A stretch of DNA of 64,000 bases, taken from the sequence record NC_023719.1. The stretch is one strand, 5' to 3'. A program made the position numbers and the translations under genes. The notes under the pieces were generated by a model that saw only the letters and a program-made list of their open reading frames with translations, made no database searches and had not been told where the DNA came from. The first letter of the stretch is position 1, and every line of letters starts with the position of its first letter. Of this stretch, positions 20,113-29,814 are shown one piece after another.

Positions 20113-20548
20113 ACTTTATTTTGCATATGGTAGTAATTTGCTTTTAGCTCAAATGAGAGATAGATGTAAAACAAGTAAACCTATCTCTCCCGCAGTTTTA
20201 AAGGGTTATAAATTAACGTTTAAAGCAAATAAACGAGGTTTGGGTGTAGCTGATATTATTGAAGATGATAGTTCTGAAGTTTTTGGAGCAGTCTATGAAG
20301 TAACCGAAGAAGATCTAAAGAATTTAGATAAGTATGAGGGACACCCTAATATTTATCATAGAGAAGAAGTTACAGTAATTGTAAGTGGTGAAGAGAAGTT
20401 GGCTACGACTTATGTAATGGATAGTGAGTTTAAGTGTAAAGAGCCAGAAGAAGATTACTTACACAAGATGTTAAATGGATATCATAACTGGAACTTACCT
20501 ATCAATGTAGTGTATGAAGCTGTTAAGAGTTGTAAAAGAGGCCAATAG
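20102..20548 (+). CDS. Gamma-glutamylcyclotransferase-like protein
   Basis: YFAYGSNL, VFGAVYEV, LDKYEG..Y.R; start moved to ATG 20102. Confidence 0.85.
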   Translation: MSNKLYFAYGSNLLLAQMRDRCKTSKPISPAVLKGYKLTFKANKRGLGVADIIEDDSSEVFGAVYEVTEEDLKNLDKYEGHPNIYHREEVTVIVSGEEKLATTYVMDSEFKCKEPEEDYLHKMLNGYHNWNLPINVVYEAVKSCKRGQ

Positions 20549-20654
20549 GGATTGAGAGAAACTATATATTAATAGTAGTTTCTCTTTTTTTATAAAATTG
20601 TTTACATTACAATAATTTGTGATATAATATAAATATAAGGTTAATAAGGAAGGA

Positions 20655-20951
20655 ATGATATTGATGGAAGGGATTGAAAGAGTTTCTGGCGGTTACTTAG
20701 TAAATGGCGTAAGTGTTTCTATTTACTCAGCTGAATGGGATCATACTATGGATAGAGTAAAGCAGTTTGAGAAGAAATACCCTGACAAAGAAGAGTTTGA
20801 AAAGAAAATGATAACTCGATTAAAGCGTATTAAGAACCTTGATAAAATTTATTATACTATTGCGGTATTAGTTGAACGTGGGCATAATGAAGTAGCAGAA
20901 ATGTATGACAGTAGATTAGTATTAGAAACTTTAACTTTTGATTTTGACTAG
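20655..20951 (+). CDS. Hypothetical protein
   Basis: Early promoter, RBS. Confidence 0.75.
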   Translation: MILMEGIERVSGGYLVNGVSVSIYSAEWDHTMDRVKQFEKKYPDKEEFEKKMITRLKRIKNLDKIYYTIAVLVERGHNEVAEMYDSRLVLETLTFDFD

Positions 20952-20959
20952 GGGGAAAT

Positions 20960-21259
20960 GTGATGTTTGCTAAATTATTGAAGAAACCAGAACACAAACT
21001 AAATGAAGTAGAAAAATTAGAGCGAAGGTATGACAAATTAGTTGATGAAGCTAAAATGTTGAAAATGGAATTAGAATCAGCAAAGGAGTTTTTCAACAAT
21101 GCTGAAACAACATTTATGAATGAGGCTGAAGAAGGGATAACATATATTGACGTAGCAATACTTAATAAAGATGTAGTTGAAAAACGGTATTGTTTATTGT
21201 TGAAAGAGCTTAAAATTCTTAAGCAGAAGATTAATGAATTGAAAAAAGAAGCAAGTTAG
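20960..21259 (+). CDS. Hypothetical coiled-coil protein
   Basis: RBS, terminator follows. Confidence 0.7.
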   Translation: MMFAKLLKKPEHKLNEVEKLERRYDKLVDEAKMLKMELESAKEFFNNAETTFMNEAEEGITYIDVAILNKDVVEKRYCLLLKELKILKQKINELKKEAS

Positions 21260-21450
21260 GCTATAATACTATGTATTATGGCTTTTTTTTGTTTTCGGGA
21301 GCTATATAAGAAAAAAGTTGTATATTATGAGTTTACTTTAGCACACATGAGGTATAATATAAATATATAGGAAAAACAAAGAAAGATTAGTCTAAATAGC
21401 AAACAGAATAATACAATATAACAACAATTCAAAAAATAGGAGAGATACAA

Positions 21451-22008
21451 TTGACAAAAGATACGAATAAACGTTTCGGTGAAAAAACTTTGGAATTATT
21501 TGACCTGATGGAGAAAACACCAGATTGGGAAAAATATGTAAGCGAGAAAACAGGTGAAATCATTACATTTTTAAAAGAAACACAGAGTATGAAAGAAACA
21601 GAAGATTTCTTTGGAGAAGGCGGAGAACCAATGCCTTACATTACAATTCGTTCTCATATATTAAAAGCGATTGATAGAATTAAGCATAAAAAAACTACGT
21701 TCCGTCAAGGTGGTCGTAGTGCTAAATCAAAAGAGTTATTTAGACTAATGGAAATAACTCCAAATTGGGAAGAATACGTGACTCATTATGAAGCAGAATT
21801 AGCGAAGAAGTATAGAGAAGTTAAAAGTTTCAGTAAGTTGGGTGAGGAGTTGAATATTGCGCCTAGTAACATAGCAGGGACACTTTACGGATCAACTCAA
21901 AAACTTGGTGTTATAGGGAAGATTAAAGAGGGTGTCCCTCAATCAGAACGAAGAGACTTTACAGTGTTAGCTGAAGATAAGAGTATTGAAGATTTGAATG
22001 CTGAATAA
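21451..22008 (+). CDS. Hypothetical two-repeat protein, paralog of 58140
   Basis: LF.LME.TP.WE.YV occurs twice. Confidence 0.75.
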   Translation: MTKDTNKRFGEKTLELFDLMEKTPDWEKYVSEKTGEIITFLKETQSMKETEDFFGEGGEPMPYITIRSHILKAIDRIKHKKTTFRQGGRSAKSKELFRLMEITPNWEEYVTHYEAELAKKYREVKSFSKLGEELNIAPSNIAGTLYGSTQKLGVIGKIKEGVPQSERRDFTVLAEDKSIEDLNAE

Positions 22009-22103
22009 AGTTTAAAAAAATGATAAAAACATGTTTACATTCCTGGTTTTTATGATATAATAGATATATAAGGTTAAATAAAAAAAGAAAGAAGGAATGT
22101 AAC

Positions 22104-22682
22104 ATGACAAAACAAGCATTGAAAAACTTAGCTAAAAACGCAGTGAAAGAAGTAAAAGTTAATTTAACAAAGATGTTAGAAAAACGAAAAGTATTTAAGT
22201 TGTTTGAAAAAGTTGAAGATAAAACAATTAATGTAAAAAACCTTAAAGAAGCTGCAAAGATCAAAAGTGAAATTGATGTATTAAGTGCGAAGGTTTCAAA
22301 TTTACAAGCACAGTATAAGCCATTACGAGAAGAAATTTTAAGTTCGCTCCCTGGTGAACCAAAAGATAAAGTTGACTTAACAATTGAAGGAATTCATATT
22401 AAAAAATATCCAAAAATTTCTGGTGGAAATAAAATCGACCAAGCTGCATTTCTTGAATTAGCTCGAAAGAAACGTATCTTGCAAATGACAACTAAAAAAG
22501 TTACCGTTGTTGATGAGGAAGCTGTTTTAGGTGCAATTTCTCAAGGATACTTAACATATGAGGAATTACTAACATGTATTCCAGAAGGTAAAGTAACTGA
22601 AAATTTAACGTTAGATATTCTTTACAGCGAAGAAGAAGAACAACAGCCAGAAGAAACTCAAGAAGAAAAAGCTGCAAATTAA
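22104..22682 (+). CDS. Hypothetical protein
   Basis: Early promoter, RBS, terminator. Confidence 0.8.
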   Translation: MTKQALKNLAKNAVKEVKVNLTKMLEKRKVFKLFEKVEDKTINVKNLKEAAKIKSEIDVLSAKVSNLQAQYKPLREEILSSLPGEPKDKVDLTIEGIHIKKYPKISGGNKIDQAAFLELARKKRILQMTTKKVTVVDEEAVLGAISQGYLTYEELLTCIPEGKVTENLTLDILYSEEEEQQPEETQEEKAAN

Positions 22683-22819
22683 CATAAATTAAAATAGATA
22701 TAGTAAAAGGGAGCTCTAAATTAGAGTATCCCTTTTTTTGTTTTTATTTTTGACTTTCGATACTAAAATGAGAAACAAGTCATATATTGTTTTAAATAAA
22801 TATAAAAGGAGAATTCTAT

Positions 22820-23236
22820 ATGTCTAATCGAGATTTAATCCCAAAGGGTCAAATAAAATTATTAGATGCTGTTGAAGCTATTAGTGTAGCATATTTAATG
22901 TCGAGTGATGACCCTGAAGAGAATAATGACATTAGTATTTCTGTTCATAGTGAAGCAATAGATGGGTCGCCTGGATACAATATATTTTTTAAAAACATGC
23001 GATTTGAACTTGGATATCAAAATAGTAAAGTGAAGTTTAGTTTGCCGCCTACTGAAAAAGAATTAGAGAAGTTTAAATTTTTCTTGGAAGACAGTTTAGA
23101 AATTAAAAAGTATGAGATATTTCCACGTGTAGGGATAAAGTATATTGTAGAGATAGAGTTGGAAGATTATATTTATAGTGACGAAGGGATCGATAAGATA
23201 ACTCAACTAACAAATAAGGTTCTTGAATATTTATAA
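22820..23236 (+). CDS. Hypothetical protein
   Basis: AAGGAG RBS. Confidence 0.75.
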   Translation: MSNRDLIPKGQIKLLDAVEAISVAYLMSSDDPEENNDISISVHSEAIDGSPGYNIFFKNMRFELGYQNSKVKFSLPPTEKELEKFKFFLEDSLEIKKYEIFPRVGIKYIVEIELEDYIYSDEGIDKITQLTNKVLEYL

Positions 23237-23303
23237 AAATGGTTTACATTTCATTGTTTATGTGATATAATATTTATATAAGGTATTAGAAAGGAATGAT
23301 GAA

Positions 23304-23738
23304 ATGGATACTAATTCATTTTTACATGGTAGCATGATTCTTAAAGAAAGTTTGAATAAAAAGTTAGTAGAGTTTGCTGATATCATTGAAGGATATAGTG
23401 TAATAAAGCTTTTAACTGGAGAAATTTCTGAGGATGTGAATGTGAAATTCGCTGAGCAGAAGTTATTAGGTAAGAAAAAAGTGCAGACGATTTTAGGTAA
23501 CAATTATCGTATTAATTTAAATCAAAGTGATGATACATTAGCTTTTGTTATAAAGAAAGATATGATAGAATGTAGTGATATTCAGAGTTATAAAAATACG
23601 CTAAACGAATTAGGATATAAACATAGTATTGAACAACACGCTAGAAGAACAGGGCGTAGTATGGTAGCTGTAGTTGAGATTGATAAATTGGAAGAAGATA
23701 GTATTACACAGGTGTTTGATTTGTTCCAGATTAAATAG
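23304..23738 (+). CDS. Hypothetical protein
   Basis: Early promoter, RBS. Confidence 0.75.
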   Translation: MDTNSFLHGSMILKESLNKKLVEFADIIEGYSVIKLLTGEISEDVNVKFAEQKLLGKKKVQTILGNNYRINLNQSDDTLAFVIKKDMIECSDIQSYKNTLNELGYKHSIEQHARRTGRSMVAVVEIDKLEEDSITQVFDLFQIK

Positions 23739-23749
23739 GGGGTTTTTAT

Positions 23750-24073
23750 ATGTCATCTGTAATTTTTACAATGATGGGTTTCTTATTAGGGGCTCTAATA
23801 GCATTTGTAAAAGGAGGTGAAAAGAAAGGTAGAAGTAAACAGTTTGTTTGCGGACATTGTGAATCAAAGGATACTTTACGTATTCAAAAATTGAGAGATA
23901 GAGATGTTTTCACATGTACGTTTTGCGAAAGAATTATTGATGAAGCAACTGTAAAAATGATGCATAAAGAAGATTATGAAATATTGAAAAAACATCCTGA
24001 GCTATATGAAGAATTTAAACGCGCTAGATTGGAGGGAAGAACTTTTGAAATCCCAAGCAAAGAAAATCATTGA
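23750..24073 (+). CDS. Membrane-anchored zinc-ribbon protein
   Basis: N-terminal TM helix; CGHC...CTFC. Confidence 0.7.
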   Translation: MSSVIFTMMGFLLGALIAFVKGGEKKGRSKQFVCGHCESKDTLRIQKLRDRDVFTCTFCERIIDEATVKMMHKEDYEILKKHPELYEEFKRARLEGRTFEIPSKENH

Positions 24074-25301
24074 TATATTAGAACGAAAAGGTTATGAGGC
24101 GTATTTAATTGGCGGAGCAGTTAGAAATACGCTTCACAATTTCAAGTATGGAGAAGAATTACCAATTAAGGATTTTGACATCGTTACGAATGCATCATGC
24201 GAACAAGTGATGGAATTATTTGAGGATACTGAGGCTAGAGGAGTTCAATTCAATGTAGCTGTGGTAAAGTTAGATGGTTATGAATTTGAAGTAGCTCAGT
24301 ATCGTGGAGAGTCTTATCCTGAAGGTGGATCTCTTCGTCCTGATAAAGTATATCCTGTACAAACTTTAGAGGAAGATTTGAAACGAAGAGATTTCACTAT
24401 TAATGCAATCGCAATGGACAAAATGGATCTTATTAGAGATCCATTAGAAGGTTGTATTGATATAAGAAATAGATTGATTAGAGCGATTGGTGACCCAAAT
24501 GAAAGGTTTTCTGAAGACCCATTGAGAATGATTCGAGCCTTCAGATTTATGTCTCAATTAGATTATTATTTAGATAAGAAAACTAAATTTGGGATTAAAA
24601 ACAACCTTGGTCTATTAAAAAACATACCACATGAAAGAATGAAGGCAGAGATTGACAAGATGTTGCGTGGTCAAGCTGTAGGGGTAGCATTGTTGAATAT
24701 GAAAATGGTAGGTGTTCATAAACATACCTTTTTAAATTCAATAACAAGTCAACAAGTTCCAGTATTAGATGGTGTATTAACTTTATCATATGAGCTGCTC
24801 AACGATGTGATACATAAATTAGAAGAATATGATAGAGACCAACTAGACATTACGGAACTTTATTATTTGTTGTATTACTACACAAGTTATGATGAAGCTG
24901 AAAAGAGTTTAAAAGAATCAATGTTTTTAAATGAAAAAGAAATTGAAAGAGTTTTATTGTTATTGAAGTACAATAAGATTCTGTTATCTAAAGATAATTT
25001 AGATATTTTCAATTTAGTAAAAGAAATTGGTGAGCAACGAGGGTTATCATATTTAAAAGATATTATAGATTCATATCATAAACTTCATCGAATTAATTTA
25101 GATTACTTGCTTGAAAAGTCATTATTTAAGAGTCAGCTTCCTTATAATGGAAATGATATAGTGATGTATGGCGAAAAGTTAAATATTAAGCCGGGTAAAT
25201 GGGTAGGGCAAGTGTTAGATAAAATGCAATTATATGCTATATCTGAAGTGGAGTACGAAATAGAGACTATAATAGAAGAAATGGTTGGTGATGGGAAATG
25301 A
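24045..25301 (+). CDS. cca: Class II tRNA nucleotidyltransferase (CCA-adding family)
   Basis: YLIGGAVRN, KDFDIV, DLKRRDFTINAIA, EDPLRMIRAFRF; start moved to TTG 24045 after GGAGG. Confidence 0.9.
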   Translation: MKSQAKKIIDILERKGYEAYLIGGAVRNTLHNFKYGEELPIKDFDIVTNASCEQVMELFEDTEARGVQFNVAVVKLDGYEFEVAQYRGESYPEGGSLRPDKVYPVQTLEEDLKRRDFTINAIAMDKMDLIRDPLEGCIDIRNRLIRAIGDPNERFSEDPLRMIRAFRFMSQLDYYLDKKTKFGIKNNLGLLKNIPHERMKAEIDKMLRGQAVGVALLNMKMVGVHKHTFLNSITSQQVPVLDGVLTLSYELLNDVIHKLEEYDRDQLDITELYYLLYYYTSYDEAEKSLKESMFLNEKEIERVLLLLKYNKILLSKDNLDIFNLVKEIGEQRGLSYLKDIIDSYHKLHRINLDYLLEKSLFKSQLPYNGNDIVMYGEKLNIKPGKWVGQVLDKMQLYAISEVEYEIETIIEEMVGDGK

Positions 25302-25630
25302 AACTAGTAAAAAAAATTTATAAAGAGTTGAATTGGTATTTCAATGGTAGAATAATGGACGAGTTGAAACGAATGTTCATGCCTGTTTTATTTATAGCGT
25401 CTGTTGCTATTTTTATGAAAATATCGAGCGTAATGTTTCAATTTAATATAGATAATGAACTCATTTTTTACCTTACGGTATTATCAATTGCAATGGCTTC
25501 TATTATGATTATTGGTTTAGTGGTACTTTGGTATACTGAAGTTAGACCTAAAGTAAATAAGATATTAAAAGAAGTACACATAGAAGTTAAATGGGAATCA
25601 TTGTTAGATAAATTTAATAGAACATATTAA
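25298..25630 (+). CDS. Membrane protein
   Basis: Two hydrophobic helices; coupled to cca. Confidence 0.75.
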   Translation: MKLVKKIYKELNWYFNGRIMDELKRMFMPVLFIASVAIFMKISSVMFQFNIDNELIFYLTVLSIAMASIMIIGLVVLWYTEVRPKVNKILKEVHIEVKWESLLDKFNRTY

Positions 25631-25785
25631 AAGACGTAATTTACGTCTTTTTTTATTTGTGTTTAACTTTTAAACCATTTAGATTAAAATATACATAAAT
25701 AATTAAAAAAATGATTTACAAATTTCGTATTGTATAATATAATAAATATATAAGGTCCAATAAGGAACCAAGAGGAGGAAGAAGG

Positions 25786-26814
25786 ATGGCAGCAATAACT
25801 AGAAGAAGATGGGAAAAAGAAGAAGATGAGTCATTAGTAAACTTAGTATTAGAAAAAACAAAAAAAGGCGAAACACTTGATTATATTTTTGGATTAGCTT
25901 CCGCTAAATTAAATCGAACAATCTTAGCATGCAGCAACCGATGGTATGACCATTTTCATGATACTTACCAAGCTGAATTAGCAATTGTTAAACAAGGTAA
26001 TCCAACAACAAATGATTATTCTGGTCCGTGGACAGCTCATGATGAAGAACGTTTATTAGAAAACATGGTGTCATTTTTAATACAAGATTTAGGGGTAATT
26101 GATTCCCTTAAACGTAGTGCTCAAATTCTTAAACGTTCACTTCAATCTTGCTCAAATCGTTGGTATAATAACGTTTTGAAGAAAAACAAGTTGACAGTTG
26201 AAAATATGGTTGCACAAGGTAAAAAAGCAGCAGCTATGATAAAAGAAGAAAGTGAAGTCCAGGAAAAAGTACAAGATCCACAACAAAAAGAAAATCGTAC
26301 TTTCAAAAACCAACGTGGCTTATTAACACAAAAGCAGTTGGATGGTTGGTCTCCTGAAAAACGATTTGAATTTTATAAAATGATGCGATTAGCTGAAATT
26401 TGTGGCCACAATTTGGATGACATATTAGCTTTAGCAGCAGTCACTTACAATAAATCAAAATCGGAATGTGAAATGACTTGGGAAAACTATTTCAAGGATG
26501 ATGAAATTCTAAAGGCTATGTTTGAAAAAGAGCAAAATGAAAAAGCTGAAAACGAAGTCCGAGAAGAGCAATCCACAATGGAATTGGAAGATGTTATTCC
26601 TGAGGACTACACAATAAAAGTAGAAGAGGATTCTACTCAAAAAGAGGTAATTACAGAAGCTGTAATGAATCCAGAAGAAATTCTAGGTTTAGTTAAGAGC
26701 TTAATTGCGAGAAATAAAGAGCTTGAGGCAGAAGTTAAAGAGCTTCGTGGAATTAGAGTGAAGAAAGAAGAATATGAAGCTATTTTAGTTAAGATTCAAT
26801 CTTTAGTTAAGTAA
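25786..26814 (+). CDS. RsfA-like SANT/Myb-repeat transcriptional regulator
   Basis: W...ED..L...L.R....CSNRWY repeated twice plus a degenerate third copy; C-terminal coiled coil. Confidence 0.75.
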   Translation: MAAITRRRWEKEEDESLVNLVLEKTKKGETLDYIFGLASAKLNRTILACSNRWYDHFHDTYQAELAIVKQGNPTTNDYSGPWTAHDEERLLENMVSFLIQDLGVIDSLKRSAQILKRSLQSCSNRWYNNVLKKNKLTVENMVAQGKKAAAMIKEESEVQEKVQDPQQKENRTFKNQRGLLTQKQLDGWSPEKRFEFYKMMRLAEICGHNLDDILALAAVTYNKSKSECEMTWENYFKDDEILKAMFEKEQNEKAENEVREEQSTMELEDVIPEDYTIKVEEDSTQKEVITEAVMNPEEILGLVKSLIARNKELEAEVKELRGIRVKKEEYEAILVKIQSLVK

Positions 26815-26866
26815 ACATAATATTTCATAAGGTCATCTCTTATTAGAAAATAAGAGGTGACTTTTT

Positions 26867-27514
26867 ATGTCTAGAAAAGAAATAATAGAAAATTTTATTA
26901 AACAATCAAAGAAGCAATTATCTTTAAAAGAAATATCAGAGGGAACAGGCGTTCCTAATTCTACAGTTCATAAGATAGTGAAGGAATTAGGGTATCAATG
27001 TGTAAGACATCAAGCATGGAATAAGGGATTGACAAAAGAAAACAATGCTTCTTTAAAGAGTATGTCGCAAAAGAAGAAGATGGACACGGGTTGGAAGCAT
27101 GATAGAGAGACAAGAGAGAAGATATCTAATAGTTTAAAAGGGAAAATGGGAACAACCGTGCTTGGAGGAATAGGGAATTCTTATGATTATGGTGACGATA
27201 TAGTAAACAGCGATTATGAGTTAAGGGTTGCACAATTATTAGATGAAGAAAAGTTATCATGGAATAATAAGGACAGTATAAAGATTTTTAATGATGGAGG
27301 AATCACTAGAATGATTTATCTGGGTTTTTATTTACATGAATATAATATCTATATATCTGTGAAATACCATATCAGCAGTGAATACAGAAGGAGGATAAGC
27401 CTTGTTGAAAAACAACATGGTGTAAAAGTCCTTATAGTAGATCAAATGTTGTTTAGAAGAATAACCTATAATAGTATTAAAGATGTTTTAAAAAACAGTT
27501 TACAAAATGGATAG
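26867..27514 (+). CDS. HTH + NUMOD3-like + degenerate PD-(D/E)xK endonuclease-like protein
   Basis: AWNKGLTKE and HDRETREKISNSLKGK motifs; S.YE..VA..LDE...W...FYL..Y.IYI.VK nuclease scaffold. Confidence 0.55.
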   Translation: MSRKEIIENFIKQSKKQLSLKEISEGTGVPNSTVHKIVKELGYQCVRHQAWNKGLTKENNASLKSMSQKKKMDTGWKHDRETREKISNSLKGKMGTTVLGGIGNSYDYGDDIVNSDYELRVAQLLDEEKLSWNNKDSIKIFNDGGITRMIYLGFYLHEYNIYISVKYHISSEYRRRISLVEKQHGVKVLIVDQMLFRRITYNSIKDVLKNSLQNG

Positions 27515-27552
27515 TGCATGATATAATGTATATATAAGGAAGGTGAATAGAA

Positions 27553-27876
27553 ATGGTAGATAAAAATAAAATTATAATTCCGCATTTGAGAAATGATGTT
27601 TTGAATTATTTAAATGAGATTGTTGGGTTTGATAAGTTACCAACAAGAGGAATGCAATTCTCAGGTAATTATTCTTGTTTTATTACAGAAAAACGTACAA
27701 TTTACATTGTAATTCCTGTGGTTTTAGATAAATCGGGTCAATTATACAAAATTGTAAACAATGTATTAAAGCAGAAGTTGAATATTGATTTATCATTTTG
27801 TGAAATATTGCAAAATGTATTAGTGAATGAAAGTAAAATTTTAGAATTTCAGCTTCCAGAGAAAGGGATGATTTAG
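27553..27876 (+). CDS. Hypothetical protein
   Basis: Early promoter, RBS. Confidence 0.75.
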   Translation: MVDKNKIIIPHLRNDVLNYLNEIVGFDKLPTRGMQFSGNYSCFITEKRTIYIVIPVVLDKSGQLYKIVNNVLKQKLNIDLSFCEILQNVLVNESKILEFQLPEKGMI

Positions 27877-27990
27877 ATGGATGAACAAGAAACAATGAAT
27901 GAGCAAAAAATGTTAGATTTTTATACTGCGTTGATAATAATGGATATAGTGGTGTCAATAGTTGTTGGTTTAATAGTATTTAAATTTTAG
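27877..27990 (+). CDS. 37-aa membrane peptide (not in ORF track)
   Basis: ATG abuts upstream stop; one TM helix. Confidence 0.5.
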   Translation: MDEQETMNEQKMLDFYTALIIMDIVVSIVVGLIVFKF

Positions 27991-28002
27991 GAGGTGTGTT
28001 TA

Positions 28003-28155
28003 ATGAGGACACCAGAAGAATTAGCAGATAAGCTTGAATTACTTAGTACGACAATCTTAGATGGTTATGAACTCAATAAAAGTGAAGTTTCTAAACTTTT
28101 AAAGGAAGCAAGTGAAACTCTTAGAGATTTATCCAGTTCTACAAAAACAAAATAG
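28003..28155 (+). CDS. 50-aa hypothetical protein (not in ORF track)
   Basis: AGGAGGTG RBS; MRTPEELADKLELL... Confidence 0.65.
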   Translation: MRTPEELADKLELLSTTILDGYELNKSEVSKLLKEASETLRDLSSSTKTK

Positions 28156-28166
28156 GAGGGATTTAA

Positions 28167-28481
28167 ATGGATGCAACGAAAGCTTTTATTTTTGCAAATG
28201 AAGCTAATGAAGATGACCATTCTGTATATAGTTGGGTATATGTAAAAGATGATGATTGTATAGAAGAAACTTTAGCAGTCGAATTGATGGAATATACAGC
28301 TTATGCAGCTGGTCATGGTAAAAGAGCTAAACGAATATACTTAAAGCCTGATTTGATTGAAATGCCGAAAGAATTGTTTGATAAATGGGAAGAGTATAAT
28401 ATGAATGGTGATACTGATTTTATGGAAGAAATCGTGAATGGTTTAATAGATGCAAAGTTAGTGGCTGACTCTTTAAAATAG
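28167..28481 (+). CDS. Hypothetical protein
   Basis: AGGAGG RBS, terminator follows. Confidence 0.8.
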   Translation: MDATKAFIFANEANEDDHSVYSWVYVKDDDCIEETLAVELMEYTAYAAGHGKRAKRIYLKPDLIEMPKELFDKWEEYNMNGDTDFMEEIVNGLIDAKLVADSLK

Positions 28482-28598
28482 AGTCAGTTTTTTTTATTTT
28501 GTGAAAAACCTTGTTAAATATAAAATACTAATTATATATAATTATCTCATCAAACAATAAATGAACGATACATACAAAATCTGGAGGCTGATAACAAG

Positions 28599-29294
28599 AT
28601 GGGTATTCGCAAAATGTCAATCCAAGAAGGTTTAAATGAGTTAAAGGTTTTAGAATCACGTATTACTAAGCTTTTAGCTGAACGTAATACTTATGTAAGT
28701 GTTGTAATTGGTGACCGTTCTGTTCGAGGTTACGAAAACAATGCAGCATTTGAAAAGAAAGCTAAAGCAAAGTTTGATTCTATTGCTGCACTTATTGAAC
28801 GTCGTACAGTAGTTAAAAACGCAATCATTAAGAAAAATGCTGAAGTTCAAGTAGAGATCAATGGTAAAACAATGACTCTTGCAGAAGCTATTAATTATAA
28901 AACGTTTATCGAAGAGAAGAAACGTTTCTTATCTCAGTTAGTATCTCAATATAACACAGCTATGAATCAATTAGAGAACGAAGAGTACAGCTATAAAGAG
29001 AAGTTAGATAAGCACGTTGAAACAATGGTAGGTTCAGATCGCAAAGACAAGATGAAAGAGAACGAAGAAGTAATTAAGTTCTTTAAAGAGTCTAATGAAC
29101 CGAAGTTAATTGATCCAGTTGGTTTAAAAGATGTTATTGATAAATTAACTGAAGAGATTGAAGGGTTTGAAGCAAAAGTTGATTTTGAATTAACTCGTGC
29201 TAATATCACTAATGATATTGAGTTTGAAGACCCGACAGTCGAAGATCCAAAGCCTAAATCAAGCGATAGCGACTTACCTGGTAGTTATCAATAA
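28599..29294 (+). CDS. Helical/coiled-coil protein, distantly DIP1984/DUF6847-like, coupled to a downstream ncRNA
   Basis: GGAGG RBS; NA..V...MTLAEAI..K, IDP, VDFEL..AN...IEF pattern; family call tentative. Confidence 0.6.
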   Translation: MGIRKMSIQEGLNELKVLESRITKLLAERNTYVSVVIGDRSVRGYENNAAFEKKAKAKFDSIAALIERRTVVKNAIIKKNAEVQVEINGKTMTLAEAINYKTFIEEKKRFLSQLVSQYNTAMNQLENEEYSYKEKLDKHVETMVGSDRKDKMKENEEVIKFFKESNEPKLIDPVGLKDVIDKLTEEIEGFEAKVDFELTRANITNDIEFEDPTVEDPKPKSSDSDLPGSYQ

Positions 29295-29337
29295 ACATTA
29301 GCGGCGAAAGCCGCTAATTAATAATAAAAATTAAATA

Positions 29338-29676
29338 TTGCTAATTAGACGCAAACCACGTACTGAACACGTCCATCATATAACGATATATATGAATTTA
29401 AACTATAAGAATATTCTTCTTACAAATAATACTTTGTATGGGAAATCATCTTAATGTAGAGAACATTATTTAGGTGATGCCGTTGACAAAACAGGTGATT
29501 ATAGTTTATAGATTAAGGTTGATATCTTAGATCTTAAGTGTCATAGTTCTTATTTATCAAGTCTTAAGGTTTTATACTGTTCACAATTCTTTCAAACCCA
29601 AGTAGTTTGGTTTCATGAGAGGTTGTTCATTGTCTCGTTGGTTTTACCCTTGGCTGTCTAGTTAGCAATTTTTTTT
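29338..29676 (+). ncRNA. About 340-nt structured RNA of unknown family
   Basis: Terminal helix 29338-29352 / 29653-29668, further long-range helices, ends in T-tract, no ORF. Confidence 0.75.
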
Positions 29677-29814
29677 ATTTTATTTTTAAAAAACAGTTTA
29701 CAAATTACGTATATTGGTATATAATAAATATATAAATAAAAATATATAAAACAAAAATATTTAAACATATTAAATTTATATATTTTATTGATTAATGAAA
29801 AGGTGGGTGTTTTT

